Below, piece by piece: positions 1-11,047 of a stretch of DNA of 64,000 nt. The notes below the pieces were generated by a model. The model saw only the letters and a list, made by a program, of their open reading frames with translations, was not told where the DNA came from and made no database searches. The number at the start of each line of letters is the position of its first letter. Position 1 is the first letter of the stretch. The position numbers and the translations under genes were made by a program. The DNA is from an uncultured cyanobacterium (lineage in GTDB: Bacteria > Cyanobacteriota > Cyanobacteriia > CAKZMO01). Location of the stretch: positions 1-64,000 of the forward strand of contig CAVRCJ010000003.1 in assembly GCA_963719515.1 (NCBI GenBank), given 5' to 3'.

Positions 1-875
1 TGCTCGAGTGTTGCTGACCGGGGCCGCACTAGCCCGACGACAATAGCGCTGGTGATGAACATAATTAGGCTGTAGATGGCTGCCGGAATGGCCATGACGG
101 GCGCATTGAGAAACGTAGGTGCACTGGCAATTGCGATCGCCAATGTCCCGTTCTGAATTCCCACCTCAACAGCGATCGCCTTTTTACTGCGCAGGTCCAG
201 CTTGGCAAGGGTGGCAATGGCGAAACCCAGAAGCATCGTGCTGACATTCAAAGCCAGCGTCACCCAGCCCACCTGTAGAAAGAAGCTGGCTACGTTAGCC
301 CGCTCTTTAGCCAGCAAGCCAACGATAATCAACGTTAAGAAGGCAATAGACAGCCACTTGACGCCTTTCTCCACCTGCGCAGCAAAGCGAGGAGCGTAAT
401 GGTGTAGCAGCATTCCCAGCGATACAGGAATCAGCGTAATGACAGCAATTTGAATGACGGTGGTTAGGAACGGCAGCTGCAGGGTGGCGGCTTCTCCCAT
501 AAATTGCTGCATAGCGAAATTGACGACCAGAGGAATGGTAAATACCGTGATCAGGCTGCTCAGGGCCGTGAGCGTGATGGACAAGGCAACATTTCCCCGC
601 ACCAGGTAGGTCATGAGGTTGGATGTGGGGCCACCGGGGCAGGCGGCCAAAATCATGACGCCGACGGCTAGCTCTGGAGGGAGGGGAAATAGGCTCGCGA
701 GCAGGATGCCGACGACTGGCAGGACAATGAGCTGGGCGGTCAGCCCAAGGGCGACGGCTTTGGGCTCCACAAGCACTCGCTCGAAGTCTCGGACTGAGAG
801 CCCTAGCCCCATGCCAAGCATAATTACAAAAAGCGCTAGGGGAAGGAAAACGGTTGTTAAAAGGCTAGATTCCAT
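1..875 (-). CDS. Bile acid:sodium symporter (BASS/SBF) family transporter, 3' end runs off the window
   Basis: Manual translation (not in ORF track): MESSLLTTVFLPLALFVIMLGMGLGL...ACPGGPTSNLMTYL...AVEVGIQNGTLA, typical SBF motifs. Confidence 0.9.
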   Translation of the reverse strand, partial: MESSLLTTVFLPLALFVIMLGMGLGLSVRDFERVLVEPKAVALGLTAQLIVLPVVGILLASLFPLPPELAVGVMILAACPGGPTSNLMTYLVRGNVALSITLTALSSLITVFTIPLVVNFAMQQFMGEAATLQLPFLTTVIQIAVITLIPVSLGMLLHHYAPRFAAQVEKGVKWLSIAFLTLIIVGLLAKERANVASFFLQVGWVTLALNVSTMLLGFAIATLAKLDLRSKKAIAVEVGIQNGTLAIAIASAPTFLNAPVMAIPAAIYSLIMFITSAIVVGLVRPRSATLE

Positions 876-1155
876 GGTTTTTTTGGAAGGCTGTGCAGCA
901 TGATGCTTGAGGGGCACCTCATGATAATAGAGGTCAATCTCTCCTACCGCTGCTGCCTACTCCAGCATCTCCAAGCCAGCTTGTTTCGCCTTTTCCTCAA
1001 AACGGAGTTAGCCCTAGCCATAGCAGATGTCCTAGGCATTGGGACATTTGCTATACAGAGTTCGCATAAGAACTCTGCTCAAGCTTCACGGACCCCCTGC
1101 GGAATTCTACCTCACGAGCTACTGGTAAGGAGGACTTCCGCAAAAGTTCCATCTG

Positions 1156-1179
1156 TAGAGTAGGCGATCGCCTACTCTA
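1156..1179. repeat. Perfect 24-bp palindrome centred on a HIP1 site, possible terminator/hairpin
   Basis: TAGAGTAGGCGATCGCCTACTCTA equals its own reverse complement; lies just downstream of the minus-strand surface protein gene. Confidence 0.6.
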
Positions 1180-1235
1180 TGCAACATATAGGGGTAGAAC
1201 AAGAAAAATTGCGTAACTCCTATTTGCTCAGGGCT

Positions 1236-4200
1236 CTAGGCGAAGGTTAGCTTACCAGCGAAATTAGCTGGAGAGAGTTCACTCTCGTTGACGCCAATCA
1301 GGATGCCTAGGTCGTTGCTGCCTCTAGAAAGGACCACGCCTCGATTGGTCTGCTTAAGCGTTAGATCATCGAATCCAAGCTGACCACCGAGCTGAATCCT
1401 GTCCTCCCCAACCGTGAAATCGCGGATGATAGCAAAGTTCTTCGCCCCTCTGACAATAAATGTATCGCTGCCTTGTCCGCCCATAAGAACGTTCCTGCCA
1501 TTGCCTCCGTGAAGGAGATCGTTCCCGTTCCCGCCCCTGAGAGTATCGTCACCCTTACGACCCTTGAGAATATCATCGCCGTCCTCACCCAACAGAAGGT
1601 CTTCGCCTTGACCACCAGCAATAGTATCGTCGCCACCGGCACCCCGCAGAATATCGTTACTGCCGCCGCCAAACATCCTGTTGTTGAGGGCATTACCAGT
1701 CAAGTCATCAGCTTCAGCGGTACCCGCAAACGTCACTTGGTCTTTTGGTTCTGAGCCACCGGGACTGCCTTCAGCGAGATCATTCAGCCTAATAGTCACG
1801 GCCTGAATTGTAGAGGCCCCACTGCTATCAGTGACGCGGACTCTAACTTGGCGAGTAGGGTTTGTCTCAAAATCGAGGTCTGCCCCTTGAGCGACAACGA
1901 TAGAGTTGCCGCTAAGGAAGAATGCGCCGCCTGCGTCATCGACCAATGTATATGTGTGGCTGTCGTCGGTGTCCGGGTCTATGGCAGTGAGCCTTCCAAT
2001 TACCGTGCCCGGCGCTGCGTTCTCATTGGCTACAGTTTCGAATGGAGCAACCCCTGTTGGCGCAAAATTAGCTTTGATCACCCTTGTAGCTGCCTGGGCT
2101 CCATTGGGCGTGGGCTCCATGAGACCGACCTGATCTGTGGCAACGCTATAGAAGCGATAGGAGCTACCGACCTGCCCACCATAAGTTGCTGATGTCGTGG
2201 TGGTGTCGTTTTGCCAGAGCTCAAAGGCGCCGTTGTTGGCGGAGACGAATACGTCGTAGCTGGCAACGCCGCTGCCGCTGTCGCGCCCCGACCACTGGAC
2301 ATTGAAGGCAGGAGAATCGACGGTCGCGGGAAGGGGAGTGACCTCACTATTTGGCGCTTCGGTATCGAAGGTATTGGAAGTGACAGGGGCATCGACAAAA
2401 GCGTTGGTGTCGAAGCTAATTTGAGCAGTGGCGGCAATTTGAGTACCGTTACGATTGGCCTCCGAGGTCGGTTCGACGGTGTAGTTGATGCTGCCTTGGA
2501 CCCCTGGCTTCAAGAATCCTTTGTCGGGGTTGCCAATCACTTCTCCTGTGCTCAGGTCAATGGTGGTTAGCTTCCAGATGACTTCTCTGGTGTCTTTGTT
2601 GAGGGAGCCCTCTAAGTCAACGGCGTAGTTGGCAACTTGACCCTGTTTAACAACCGTTCCCGACTTAGTAATATTGACCCGACCTTCGTAGGTCTGCAGA
2701 CCGCTGGGGACATCAATCGTTAGTGTTGTGAAATTGGGGTCATTCAGGCTGCTGAAGCTGACGTCGCCTAGGGTGAAGGTGTCAAGGTTTAGGTTGGCGT
2801 CTAGGGTCTGGGTTGCGATGATGGAGGTCACGGGAGCTGCGCCATCTTGGTTGGCAAAGTTGACGACGTAGGTTAGCGGCTGGCCATCGAGGTTAATCCA
2901 GTTTGCGCTGCCTACGCCGGTAGGTCCAGTGATGCCGAAGGCTGTGGCTGTGGAAGCGGCTTCAGTGTTAGAGACGGTCCAGAGCTCTGGGTCGCCATTG
3001 ACATTTGTAATGGTAAAGTAAATTTGTTCGCCTACAACAGTTAGATTCCCAGGATTAGAGTCACCTCTGGTGTTTAAGTTGCGAACTAAAGCGGCCTGAT
3101 TGCTGTTGGGATCAACCCTCCACAGTTCGAAGCTATTTGTACCGTCGTCAGCCGTAAAGTAGAGCGTTTTATCTAATGTAACAAGGCTGACTGGATTGGC
3201 GTCGGCGACCCCATTGTTGATCTCAATTCGAACGGGTTTGGGGTCATCCTCACCGGGCGATAGTCTCCACAGCTCTCGGCCATTGATGTTGTCATCTGCC
3301 GTGAAATATAGAAAACCATTGGCGTTAATAAGATTTGCCGGATTAGAGCCCAGTGAATTGACTGTATTGATTCTAATTTGTTCAGGTTGACCTAAAGCAT
3401 TCAGCCTGAATACCTCTGGACCTTGCTGTCCGTTGGTAGCCGTAAAATAGAGCGTGCCGCCAACGTTGATGAGATTTTGAGAGGTGGAGCTGCCAGCGCC
3501 AGGATTAATATCGGCAACGCGATCGACAGTAGTCGTCCCGCGATCAATTCTATAGAGTTCTTCACCTAAACTAGTAGTAGCAGTGAAGTAAAGTGTGCCA
3601 TTAACGTCGACTAGATTGCTTGGATTAGAAGCAGTAAAACCAGGATCAATGTCTGCTACATTGGCAGGCGTATTGGTTGTTGGGTCGATTCTCCAAAGCT
3701 CAAGGCCAGCATTGTTATCAATAGCAGTAAAGTAAAGAACGCCGCCGACGTTAGCCAGATTTGCAGGAGCAGAGCCATTAAAGCCAGGGAAATTGTTGCT
3801 TATCTGCGTAGCCGTGAGCGATCCAGGTAAAATTCTCCAGAGTTCACCACCGCCGTTGTTGTTTGCGGTGAAGTAAAGCGTACCGTTAACGTTCGTTAGG
3901 TTATCAGGATTGAAAATGAAACTAGATCCTGCATCGAGAACCTCTTGTGGTTCGCCATTCGGAAATGGTATTTCCCAGAGCTGAACACCAAAACCATCAT
4001 TTGCTGTGAAGTATACGGTATCTCCGACACGAGTAAAGTTATCTGAGGAGGAACTGCCCGGCCCAGGATTGACGTCGCCCACTAAAGCAGGATTATTTCC
4101 AGGATCTATTTCCTCCCCAGGAATAATTCTTCGAGGCTCACCTCCGTTCAAAGCATCTACCGCAGAGAAATAGAGTATATCGTCAACGTTTACAAAATTG

Positions 4201-4253
4201 CTTGCGGCATCGAACCCAAGATTACTAAACGTATCAATTCTAGTCGTAGTCAT
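1236..4253 (-). CDS. Large secreted/surface protein: ELWxxDGT-like beta-propeller repeats, Ig/FN3-like region, cadherin domain, RTX Ca-binding repeats
   Basis: Repeated LYFTA...G.ELWRI units; ENAAPGTVIGRLTAIDPD...LDFE cadherin motif; GGxGxDxLxG nonapeptides near the C-terminus; likely start MTTTRID at 4253. Confidence 0.85.
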   Translation of the reverse strand: MTTTRIDTFSNLGFDAASNFVNVDDILYFSAVDALNGGEPRRIIPGEEIDPGNNPALVGDVNPGPGSSSSDNFTRVGDTVYFTANDGFGVQLWEIPFPNGEPQEVLDAGSSFIFNPDNLTNVNGTLYFTANNNGGGELWRILPGSLTATQISNNFPGFNGSAPANLANVGGVLYFTAIDNNAGLELWRIDPTTNTPANVADIDPGFTASNPSNLVDVNGTLYFTATTSLGEELYRIDRGTTTVDRVADINPGAGSSTSQNLINVGGTLYFTATNGQQGPEVFRLNALGQPEQIRINTVNSLGSNPANLINANGFLYFTADDNINGRELWRLSPGEDDPKPVRIEINNGVADANPVSLVTLDKTLYFTADDGTNSFELWRVDPNSNQAALVRNLNTRGDSNPGNLTVVGEQIYFTITNVNGDPELWTVSNTEAASTATAFGITGPTGVGSANWINLDGQPLTYVVNFANQDGAAPVTSIIATQTLDANLNLDTFTLGDVSFSSLNDPNFTTLTIDVPSGLQTYEGRVNITKSGTVVKQGQVANYAVDLEGSLNKDTREVIWKLTTIDLSTGEVIGNPDKGFLKPGVQGSINYTVEPTSEANRNGTQIAATAQISFDTNAFVDAPVTSNTFDTEAPNSEVTPLPATVDSPAFNVQWSGRDSGSGVASYDVFVSANNGAFELWQNDTTTTSATYGGQVGSSYRFYSVATDQVGLMEPTPNGAQAATRVIKANFAPTGVAPFETVANENAAPGTVIGRLTAIDPDTDDSHTYTLVDDAGGAFFLSGNSIVVAQGADLDFETNPTRQVRVRVTDSSGASTIQAVTIRLNDLAEGSPGGSEPKDQVTFAGTAEADDLTGNALNNRMFGGGSNDILRGAGGDDTIAGGQGEDLLLGEDGDDILKGRKGDDTLRGGNGNDLLHGGNGRNVLMGGQGSDTFIVRGAKNFAIIRDFTVGEDRIQLGGQLGFDDLTLKQTNRGVVLSRGSNDLGILIGVNESELSPANFAGKLTFA

Positions 4254-5313
4254 GATGTGAATTACCTGCAAAGTCTGACTTCAATGATCAAGAAAAAAGT
4301 TTGGTTTCTTTGTTTTATTCCTAGCGCCCGCGTCTTGAGTAGCTTATAAGTTTGGAATAAAGCTAGCTCTAAGCAACTGAAAGGTTTCGTCGCCCGCTCA
4401 AAGAAAAGGGTAGAAAAACCTGAGCTGCCTATTTCTATAGGTAGATACGAAGCCCAGAATTGTAAAACTTGTCTAGCCGCTTGAAAATACTCATAGCAGT
4501 TAGGAAAGCCAAAGCTTATTTGAGAATGTCGATGGCGACTCGCCTAATTCAAAATATTTGAACCCGTGCTGCGATCGCCATCGACCACAGCGCCGATAAA
4601 ACTGACTCAAATTAGGAAAATGCGGCCACTCTATAGCTCATGGCGTCGAGGCCAACTGCGAAGCTCCTCTGATGCAGTGGTCAGTAGATTCCAGCAGCGC
4701 TGTTCACAGCCCGCCGCTTTTAACAAAACTATTAGCTGCACCACACAAAGCTAATAGCTCAAAAATTTGAGGCTTCGCAGGCGACAGAATGAGTAAATGT
4801 TCACTATTTTTCAGGACGCTTTCTATGGCTTAAGAAGGCAGGCTAATAACTGCGATAGCGGATAGATACAGATGAATCGCTATCGCTCTTTAGCTGAAAT
4901 TTCTAAATGCCTAAAAGCGTTCGTGAAACCACTCGTTCCTGAGGCTAAATGACCTATAAACGAGCTCCAATCTTATAATCCAGTGATTTGCGGAAGATGC
5001 GGAACGCTATATGTCTAACTATACTTTTAGTGAAATCTAATTGTCTACAGTCTGTTTCCAAAGATCCGCCAAGATTTGGTGAAGCTGTGCTTCGTTATTG
5101 TGTAGCTCACGGAGACCTGTGTTGATCACCAAGAAGTATCAGCTTGTCGTGACACGGCAAGCTCCCGAAAATCTCCACCCAGCTCAGCCAAGACGTCAGA
5201 AGGGTTTAGGAGTCCTGTCGCGCTTGGCAACTGCGACGGTGCAGTAGGTTTACCGCACCGTTACAGCCACCCAACCCACAACGGCATAGCGGCAGGGAAC
5301 ATAGGACGACGCT

Positions 5314-5652
5314 CTAGTAGAGCCCAGAGGCTAGCTTGGGGGCTGGAACGTTGATAGGCGTACGGTGCAGCCGGTAGAAGCGATAGCGTGGACCCTGAGC
5401 AGGCGCAATCACATATGGCCCCCAGTAGCCCCGAACGAGCTGACGCTTTTCCAAGCGGCGTAGCACTGGGTTAAGGCGACCTAGGCTGAGTCCAAGTTCT
5501 CTAGAGAGACGAAGATGATGCTTGTCACGGAGCGTCAACAGGGTTAGAACACTTTGACTGTATCGACGATAGTCTTGCCAAGCCTGATATCGCCGAAATC
5601 CGATATAGGAAGCCACGCAGACGGCAGCGCCGCTTAGTATCCAAAAAATCAT
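5314..5652 (-). CDS. Membrane-anchored PadR-like winged-helix protein
   Basis: N-terminal hydrophobic helix, then LGRLNPVLRRLEKRQLVRGYW...PRYRFYRL resembling a PadR wHTH. Confidence 0.55.
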   Translation of the reverse strand: MIFWILSGAAVCVASYIGFRRYQAWQDYRRYSQSVLTLLTLRDKHHLRLSRELGLSLGRLNPVLRRLEKRQLVRGYWGPYVIAPAQGPRYRFYRLHRTPINVPAPKLASGLY

Positions 5653-5811
5653 AGTTGCCACGGAAACACACGACACAATGCACTAGGCCCTTAAATGGAG
5701 GGCTTAGTGCAGTAACATCGCCTATATTCACAGAGGTTGAGGCAGGCTGTCGGCTAAGTAGAACACTATGTCAACTCTATTGTCCTCAAGCCGTAACCTT
5801 GACATTAGCCG

Positions 5812-6504
5812 CTAGAGCCGCTGCAGCAGGCTTAATCCGTGGGTGTCGGTGCCGCAAGTATGGAGCAGGCCATACCGCTCCCCAAGTTCGTGGGCGATCG
5901 CCGTCTGCTTAGGGGAGGGCCGCCAGGGCGAGGGATTGTCGTAGGCGTAGTAAGTCTCAATGCCGTCGATGCCTAAACGGGCCGCTTCGGGCACGAGCTC
6001 TACTGCCGGCTGTCGGTAGCGCGACGGATGGGCCAGCACCGTCAGCCCTCCGGCGTTATGGACCGCCTGAATAACAGCACCCGCTGTGTAGCGCGCCCCC
6101 GTGACGCTGTGACCCTGGGTGTAGGGCTGCATAGCGCTGTGAGCGGGATTGAAGGCATAGCACAAGATATGCACCTCGCAGTTCAGCAAACCCGCATTGA
6201 TTTCGACGCCGCTCCACAGGTGAGGAGCCTCGGCGGGTGCGTTTTCCTTGAGCCACAGCTGCGCTTGGCGAAAGCCGCCGGTGCTGTGGTGGTCGGTAAT
6301 GGCAAAGCCACGCAGACCGTTGCGAACAGCCTGCTCTGCCAGTTCCTCCGGCCGCATGCGTCCGTCGGAGAAAACCGTATGCATATGAAAGTTGTAGTGC
6401 TTCGGGCAGCTCTCAACGTCAGTGGTGCTAAAGACTTGCTGAAGCTTGTGGACGTCTTGAGGAGATTGGGGCGATGCTTGCAGTGGGGCAAGGTCAACAG
6501 CCAT
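5812..6504 (-). CDS. PHP domain metal-dependent phosphoesterase
   Basis: HMHTVFSDG, ITDHH, GVEI, LAHP, GTDTHG motifs. Confidence 0.9.
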   Translation of the reverse strand: MAVDLAPLQASPQSPQDVHKLQQVFSTTDVESCPKHYNFHMHTVFSDGRMRPEELAEQAVRNGLRGFAITDHHSTGGFRQAQLWLKENAPAEAPHLWSGVEINAGLLNCEVHILCYAFNPAHSAMQPYTQGHSVTGARYTAGAVIQAVHNAGGLTVLAHPSRYRQPAVELVPEAARLGIDGIETYYAYDNPSPWRPSPKQTAIAHELGERYGLLHTCGTDTHGLSLLQRL

Positions 6505-6651
6505 AATTTAATATTTCTTTATAGCTTCGTCTCCACTATAGAGCCTAAGTTTCGAAATGTCCTTTGAGGAGGGTGACACTTACCCTTCTGTTTGCTGCAG
6601 CTTTGCTGGGTTTGTCAGAGTTTGAACAACAGATTCAGGAACGTGTTCGCG

Positions 6652-7146
6652 CTAAAGCTGACCGCACTCGTCAATCATCAGCTTGGCAGAAGGCTTACCG
6701 CTGCCCGTTCCGTAGGATTCGAGCTTCTTGACGACATCCATGCCGTCAGTAACCTTGCCAAAGACAACGTGCTTGCCGTCGAGCCAGTCGGTGACAACAG
6801 TGGTGATGAAGAACTGGGAGCCGTTGGTGTTTGGCCCAGCGTTGGCCATCGAGAGGATGCCCGGTTCGGTGTGCTTGAGCGTAAAGTTTTCGTCTTTAAA
6901 CTTGTTGCCGTAGATGGACTTACCGCCCGTGCCGTTGTGGTTGGTGAAATCTCCACCCTGGCACATAAAATTGGGGATAATGCGGTGGAAGCCGCTGCCC
7001 TTGTAGCCAAAGCCGGGCTCGCCGGTGCAGAGCTGGCGAAAGTTCTCGGCGGTTTCAGGGACGGTGTCGGCGAATAGCTCCATGGTGATGCGGCCCAAGG
7101 AGTCTCCATCGGCGCTGACGTCAAAATAAACTTGTGGATTAGCCAT
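6652..7146 (-). CDS. Cyclophilin-type peptidyl-prolyl cis-trans isomerase
   Basis: [42 protein letters not shown]. Confidence 0.97.
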   Translation of the reverse strand: MANPQVYFDVSADGDSLGRITMELFADTVPETAENFRQLCTGEPGFGYKGSGFHRIIPNFMCQGGDFTNHNGTGGKSIYGNKFKDENFTLKHTEPGILSMANAGPNTNGSQFFITTVVTDWLDGKHVVFGKVTDGMDVVKKLESYGTGSGKPSAKLMIDECGQL

Positions 7147-7333
7147 GGTGTCAGTAGAGATGCGGCAGGTCTAGCACCTGGTTTAGGTGCCCTGGCATCC
7201 TAGCACGATCGCTAAGCTCACAGACGCTAAGCTGATGGGTGTATGGGGGAGTACCCCTGTGGGGTCCTCAACTGGCCTTACCCAGCCCTAATCTTCACCG
7301 CTAATCGCGAGCGCACTCTTACAAACCCGCACC

Positions 7334-8050
<717 letters not shown>

Positions 8051-8204
8051 TCTCATTGATCTCTAGGGCAAGTTCTGCGGCTCTGTCAGCAGTCGACCCG
8101 CTAAGACAGCTTTATTCTCCGTACACATAGCCCGTTTTGACCATACTGGCCTCCAGCAAAAATGCACTAACGGTATTTCCAAGGTCTCCTCCGTTGCGTA
8201 GCCC

Positions 8205-10196
8205 TTATTCAGAAGGCGGCTCCAAAACTTGGGCCACGCCGCCTTCAAACAGCGTCTTCAAAAAGCTGCCGTACTGAAACTTCACCGCGTCCAGCTGAGA
8301 AAAGATGGTGTGCGGGTCGGCAATGCCATCCCCCGCGTACTGAACGACGCTCCCGGTATAGGGACGGCCATCTTGCGACGTCAGGTTGTTGGCCACGGGG
8401 TAGGCCCCAACGCCGTCGAAGTCTCCCAACGCTAGGGAGGCCTGCAGCTCTGGCCACAGGAGTAGGTCTACTTGTTTGAGGCCGCTGGCCAAGGCCATGG
8501 CGTCGAATATGGGTTCGGGGACTTCGGTATCGCCCTGCCCCACGGGCATGTAGATCGACCGCGCGGGGTGGCCCGCTAGTGGCCGCTGGGCCAGGTAGGG
8601 CACGTAGGTTATCGGGTCGGCCATCTCCCAGGCGGTTTGCAGGAGATTCAGCCCTGGGTAGAGGGGGTCGAGGGGCTGGGTTGCCCCTAAAAGCGCGCCG
8701 GCAGCGGTTGAGAGCTCGGTCTCAGGAACCAGGAGGGACCAAAACCCCGGCGCGCCCGTAGGAATGACGGCTTCGACCTTAGGGTCTATGGCTCCCAGCA
8801 TATTGGCGTATTGGGACCCTAAGGACTGACCCAGCACGGCCACACCAGAGGTATCTATCCGGGCGTCGCTGGAGGACTCTGAAGTGGGCAGGTGCTCAGC
8901 TGAAATAGATAGAGTCTCTAGCGCCTTTAAGAGCAGCCGCAGCTCTAAAACGCCCTGACGAAACGTGTCTGGGTAAGCGGCCAAGTTGGCAAAGTTGAGG
9001 TAGGCGTCGCGGCCTCCGCCGGGGAAGCGCTCTGGATTGAGCGGGGAGCCGCTGCCGACGGTGGCGATGCCGTATTCTGCCACCACGTGGGCGGGCCCGA
9101 GCCCCGGCAGCGGCTCACCCCCCGACTCAACGATTGGCCCCCGGTCTACAACCTGGGTGCTGAGGCCGTTGGAGCCGTGCTGGTAGAGCATCAGAGGGAA
9201 CCCGCCTGCTGGCATCGGCTGATTCTTAGGGATGGTGATCACGATGGGGACATTTTCGGTGCGCTGCTGGATAAGTTCTCCTTCAGGCGTGAAGGCAAAC
9301 CGGCCCTTGGTGTTAAAAGGCGGAGCACCGGTTTGAAACTGGGGCATGGCGATCGCCCCGTGGAATTCCCAGAAGCGCTTGTGGGTGGCCCCATCGTCGG
9401 GGTCGAGCCGCAAGTTGTCGATGGTGAGGTCGTACCGGTCAACAATCTGCTCCGACAGGCGGGCCATCTCCCCCACCGGGTCGCCGGTCGTAAAGACGGT
9501 AGCGGCGGCGATATCCTGGCGGCGCAGCCCAATCAGGGGCAGGGTGTCTCGCAGAGGCTGAAAAATATTGTAGGCTGCTGCGCGCAGCGGGTTGCGGGGC
9601 AGCGGGTCGCGCAGGATGCGCTTGAGGGCAGCGGGGGTGCCCAGGGGCTGGCCGAGGGCATTCCGGAGCGATCGCCGCACTACGAAAGCATACTGGCGGT
9701 TGGGCTGCAGGACGATGCCGGGAGCGGGGGCAACGGCAAGCAAAAAGTCGGGGACGTAATTGGGGTCGGGGAAGGGCGTCGAGGCCACCGTGGGGTAGAG
9801 GGTGCCTCGCTCGGGAGACTCCGGGTCGACATCAATGAGGAGAACGGAGGCATCGACGGTGGCCGGAATGACGTTGCCGGAGCTTTGGGCGGCTAGGGGA
9901 CGATTAAAGCGGAAGTAGCCCCGAGAGAGGGTAGAAAACCCGACCGGGTCGCCGGCAATCTTCCTCAAGCCCACGAGGACGGGATTGTCTTGCCAAATGG
10001 GGTAGCCTGTCAAATCGGCGCGGCCTGATTCGTCCAAGCGCCAGTCAAAGGGATAGGGCAGATCGTAGAAGCGCTTTTCGTCCTGGAGGTCAGCCTTGAG
10101 ATCGAAGGCTGAAGTCGTCTCCCCGAGGAAGTTAACCCCTTCTAGAAATCCTTCAAAGGCTCCGAGTAAGTCGCCGAAGGGCGAACTATTGCGCAT
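8205..10196 (-). CDS. Putative alpha/beta-hydrolase (lipase-like) with N-terminal beta-rich region
   Basis: YQHGS oxyanion-like motif, GQSLG nucleophile elbow, candidate Asp (GDTEVP) and His (DPHT). Confidence 0.65.
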   Translation of the reverse strand: MRNSSPFGDLLGAFEGFLEGVNFLGETTSAFDLKADLQDEKRFYDLPYPFDWRLDESGRADLTGYPIWQDNPVLVGLRKIAGDPVGFSTLSRGYFRFNRPLAAQSSGNVIPATVDASVLLIDVDPESPERGTLYPTVASTPFPDPNYVPDFLLAVAPAPGIVLQPNRQYAFVVRRSLRNALGQPLGTPAALKRILRDPLPRNPLRAAAYNIFQPLRDTLPLIGLRRQDIAAATVFTTGDPVGEMARLSEQIVDRYDLTIDNLRLDPDDGATHKRFWEFHGAIAMPQFQTGAPPFNTKGRFAFTPEGELIQQRTENVPIVITIPKNQPMPAGGFPLMLYQHGSNGLSTQVVDRGPIVESGGEPLPGLGPAHVVAEYGIATVGSGSPLNPERFPGGGRDAYLNFANLAAYPDTFRQGVLELRLLLKALETLSISAEHLPTSESSSDARIDTSGVAVLGQSLGSQYANMLGAIDPKVEAVIPTGAPGFWSLLVPETELSTAAGALLGATQPLDPLYPGLNLLQTAWEMADPITYVPYLAQRPLAGHPARSIYMPVGQGDTEVPEPIFDAMALASGLKQVDLLLWPELQASLALGDFDGVGAYPVANNLTSQDGRPYTGSVVQYAGDGIADPHTIFSQLDAVKFQYGSFLKTLFEGGVAQVLEPPSE

Positions 10197-10468
10197 GATT
10201 TAAATCCCTCTAGCCGCATTGCTGTGACCGCAAAATTAATTGCGCTGTCGAGAGCTTAGCAAGACACTTCAACTTTGAGTAGGGGTTGAATCCTGCTATT
10301 TCTTTACAATTGCTCAAAAGGGGAAAAATATTTGTAAAGTAGTCTGGATACAGCGTTTTTCGCGCTGATGGATTGCGGGGAGTGGCACCCCGCGCCGCCA
10401 CCCGCATCTCAAGCAATTGGCAAGTTGCTACAGTCATCACTGCTAAACCGATAGAAATAGATAGCGCC

Positions 10469-11014
10469 ATGGGTAAGACATACGAAGAAATTACGCCGGA
10501 CCTCGCCGCCTGGATTGCAGCGCAGCAGCTTTTCTTTGTTTCGACTGCTCCCCTCGCCGTAGAGGGGTTGATTAACTGCTCCCCCAAAGGCATGGATACC
10601 TTTCGGGTGCTGGGACCCCATGAGGTAGCCTACCTGGATCTCACCGGCAGCGGCGTAGAGACCATTGCCCACCTGCAGGAAAATGGCCGCATCGTATTTA
10701 TGTTTTGCGCCTTCACCGGAGCGCCGCAGATTGTGCGTCTGCACGGCATGGGCCAGGTGGTGATGCCTGAGCAGCCCGACTACAAGCGCCTGCAGGGACA
10801 AATGCCTGACTACCCCGGCGCTAGGTCAATTATTCGGGCGACCATAACGCGCATTAGCGACTCCTGCGGCTACGCTGTTCCGCAGTACGACTACGTGGGC
10901 GATCGCAATACCCTGGTGCATTGGGCCCAGGCGAAAGGCGCAGATAAGCTAGCGCAGTATCGTCAGGCCAAAAATGCCGCGAGCATCGATGGGCTGCCGG
11001 GGCTACCGCGATAA
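10469..11014 (+). CDS. Pyridoxamine 5'-phosphate oxidase-like FMN-binding protein
   Basis: FFVSTAPL, NCSPKG, YLDLTGSGVET, SCGYAVP; start MGKTYEE. Confidence 0.88.
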   Translation: MGKTYEEITPDLAAWIAAQQLFFVSTAPLAVEGLINCSPKGMDTFRVLGPHEVAYLDLTGSGVETIAHLQENGRIVFMFCAFTGAPQIVRLHGMGQVVMPEQPDYKRLQGQMPDYPGARSIIRATITRISDSCGYAVPQYDYVGDRNTLVHWAQAKGADKLAQYRQAKNAASIDGLPGLPR

Positions 11015-11047
11015 GAGATCTCGTGGCAGAAGCAATCGCGCTCAGCC

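Noticed and set aside
4272..5313. About 1-kb intergenic region as ncRNA or element
   Set aside because: No recognisable repeats, strong hairpins, IS ends or credible ORF by eye; probably regulatory DNA
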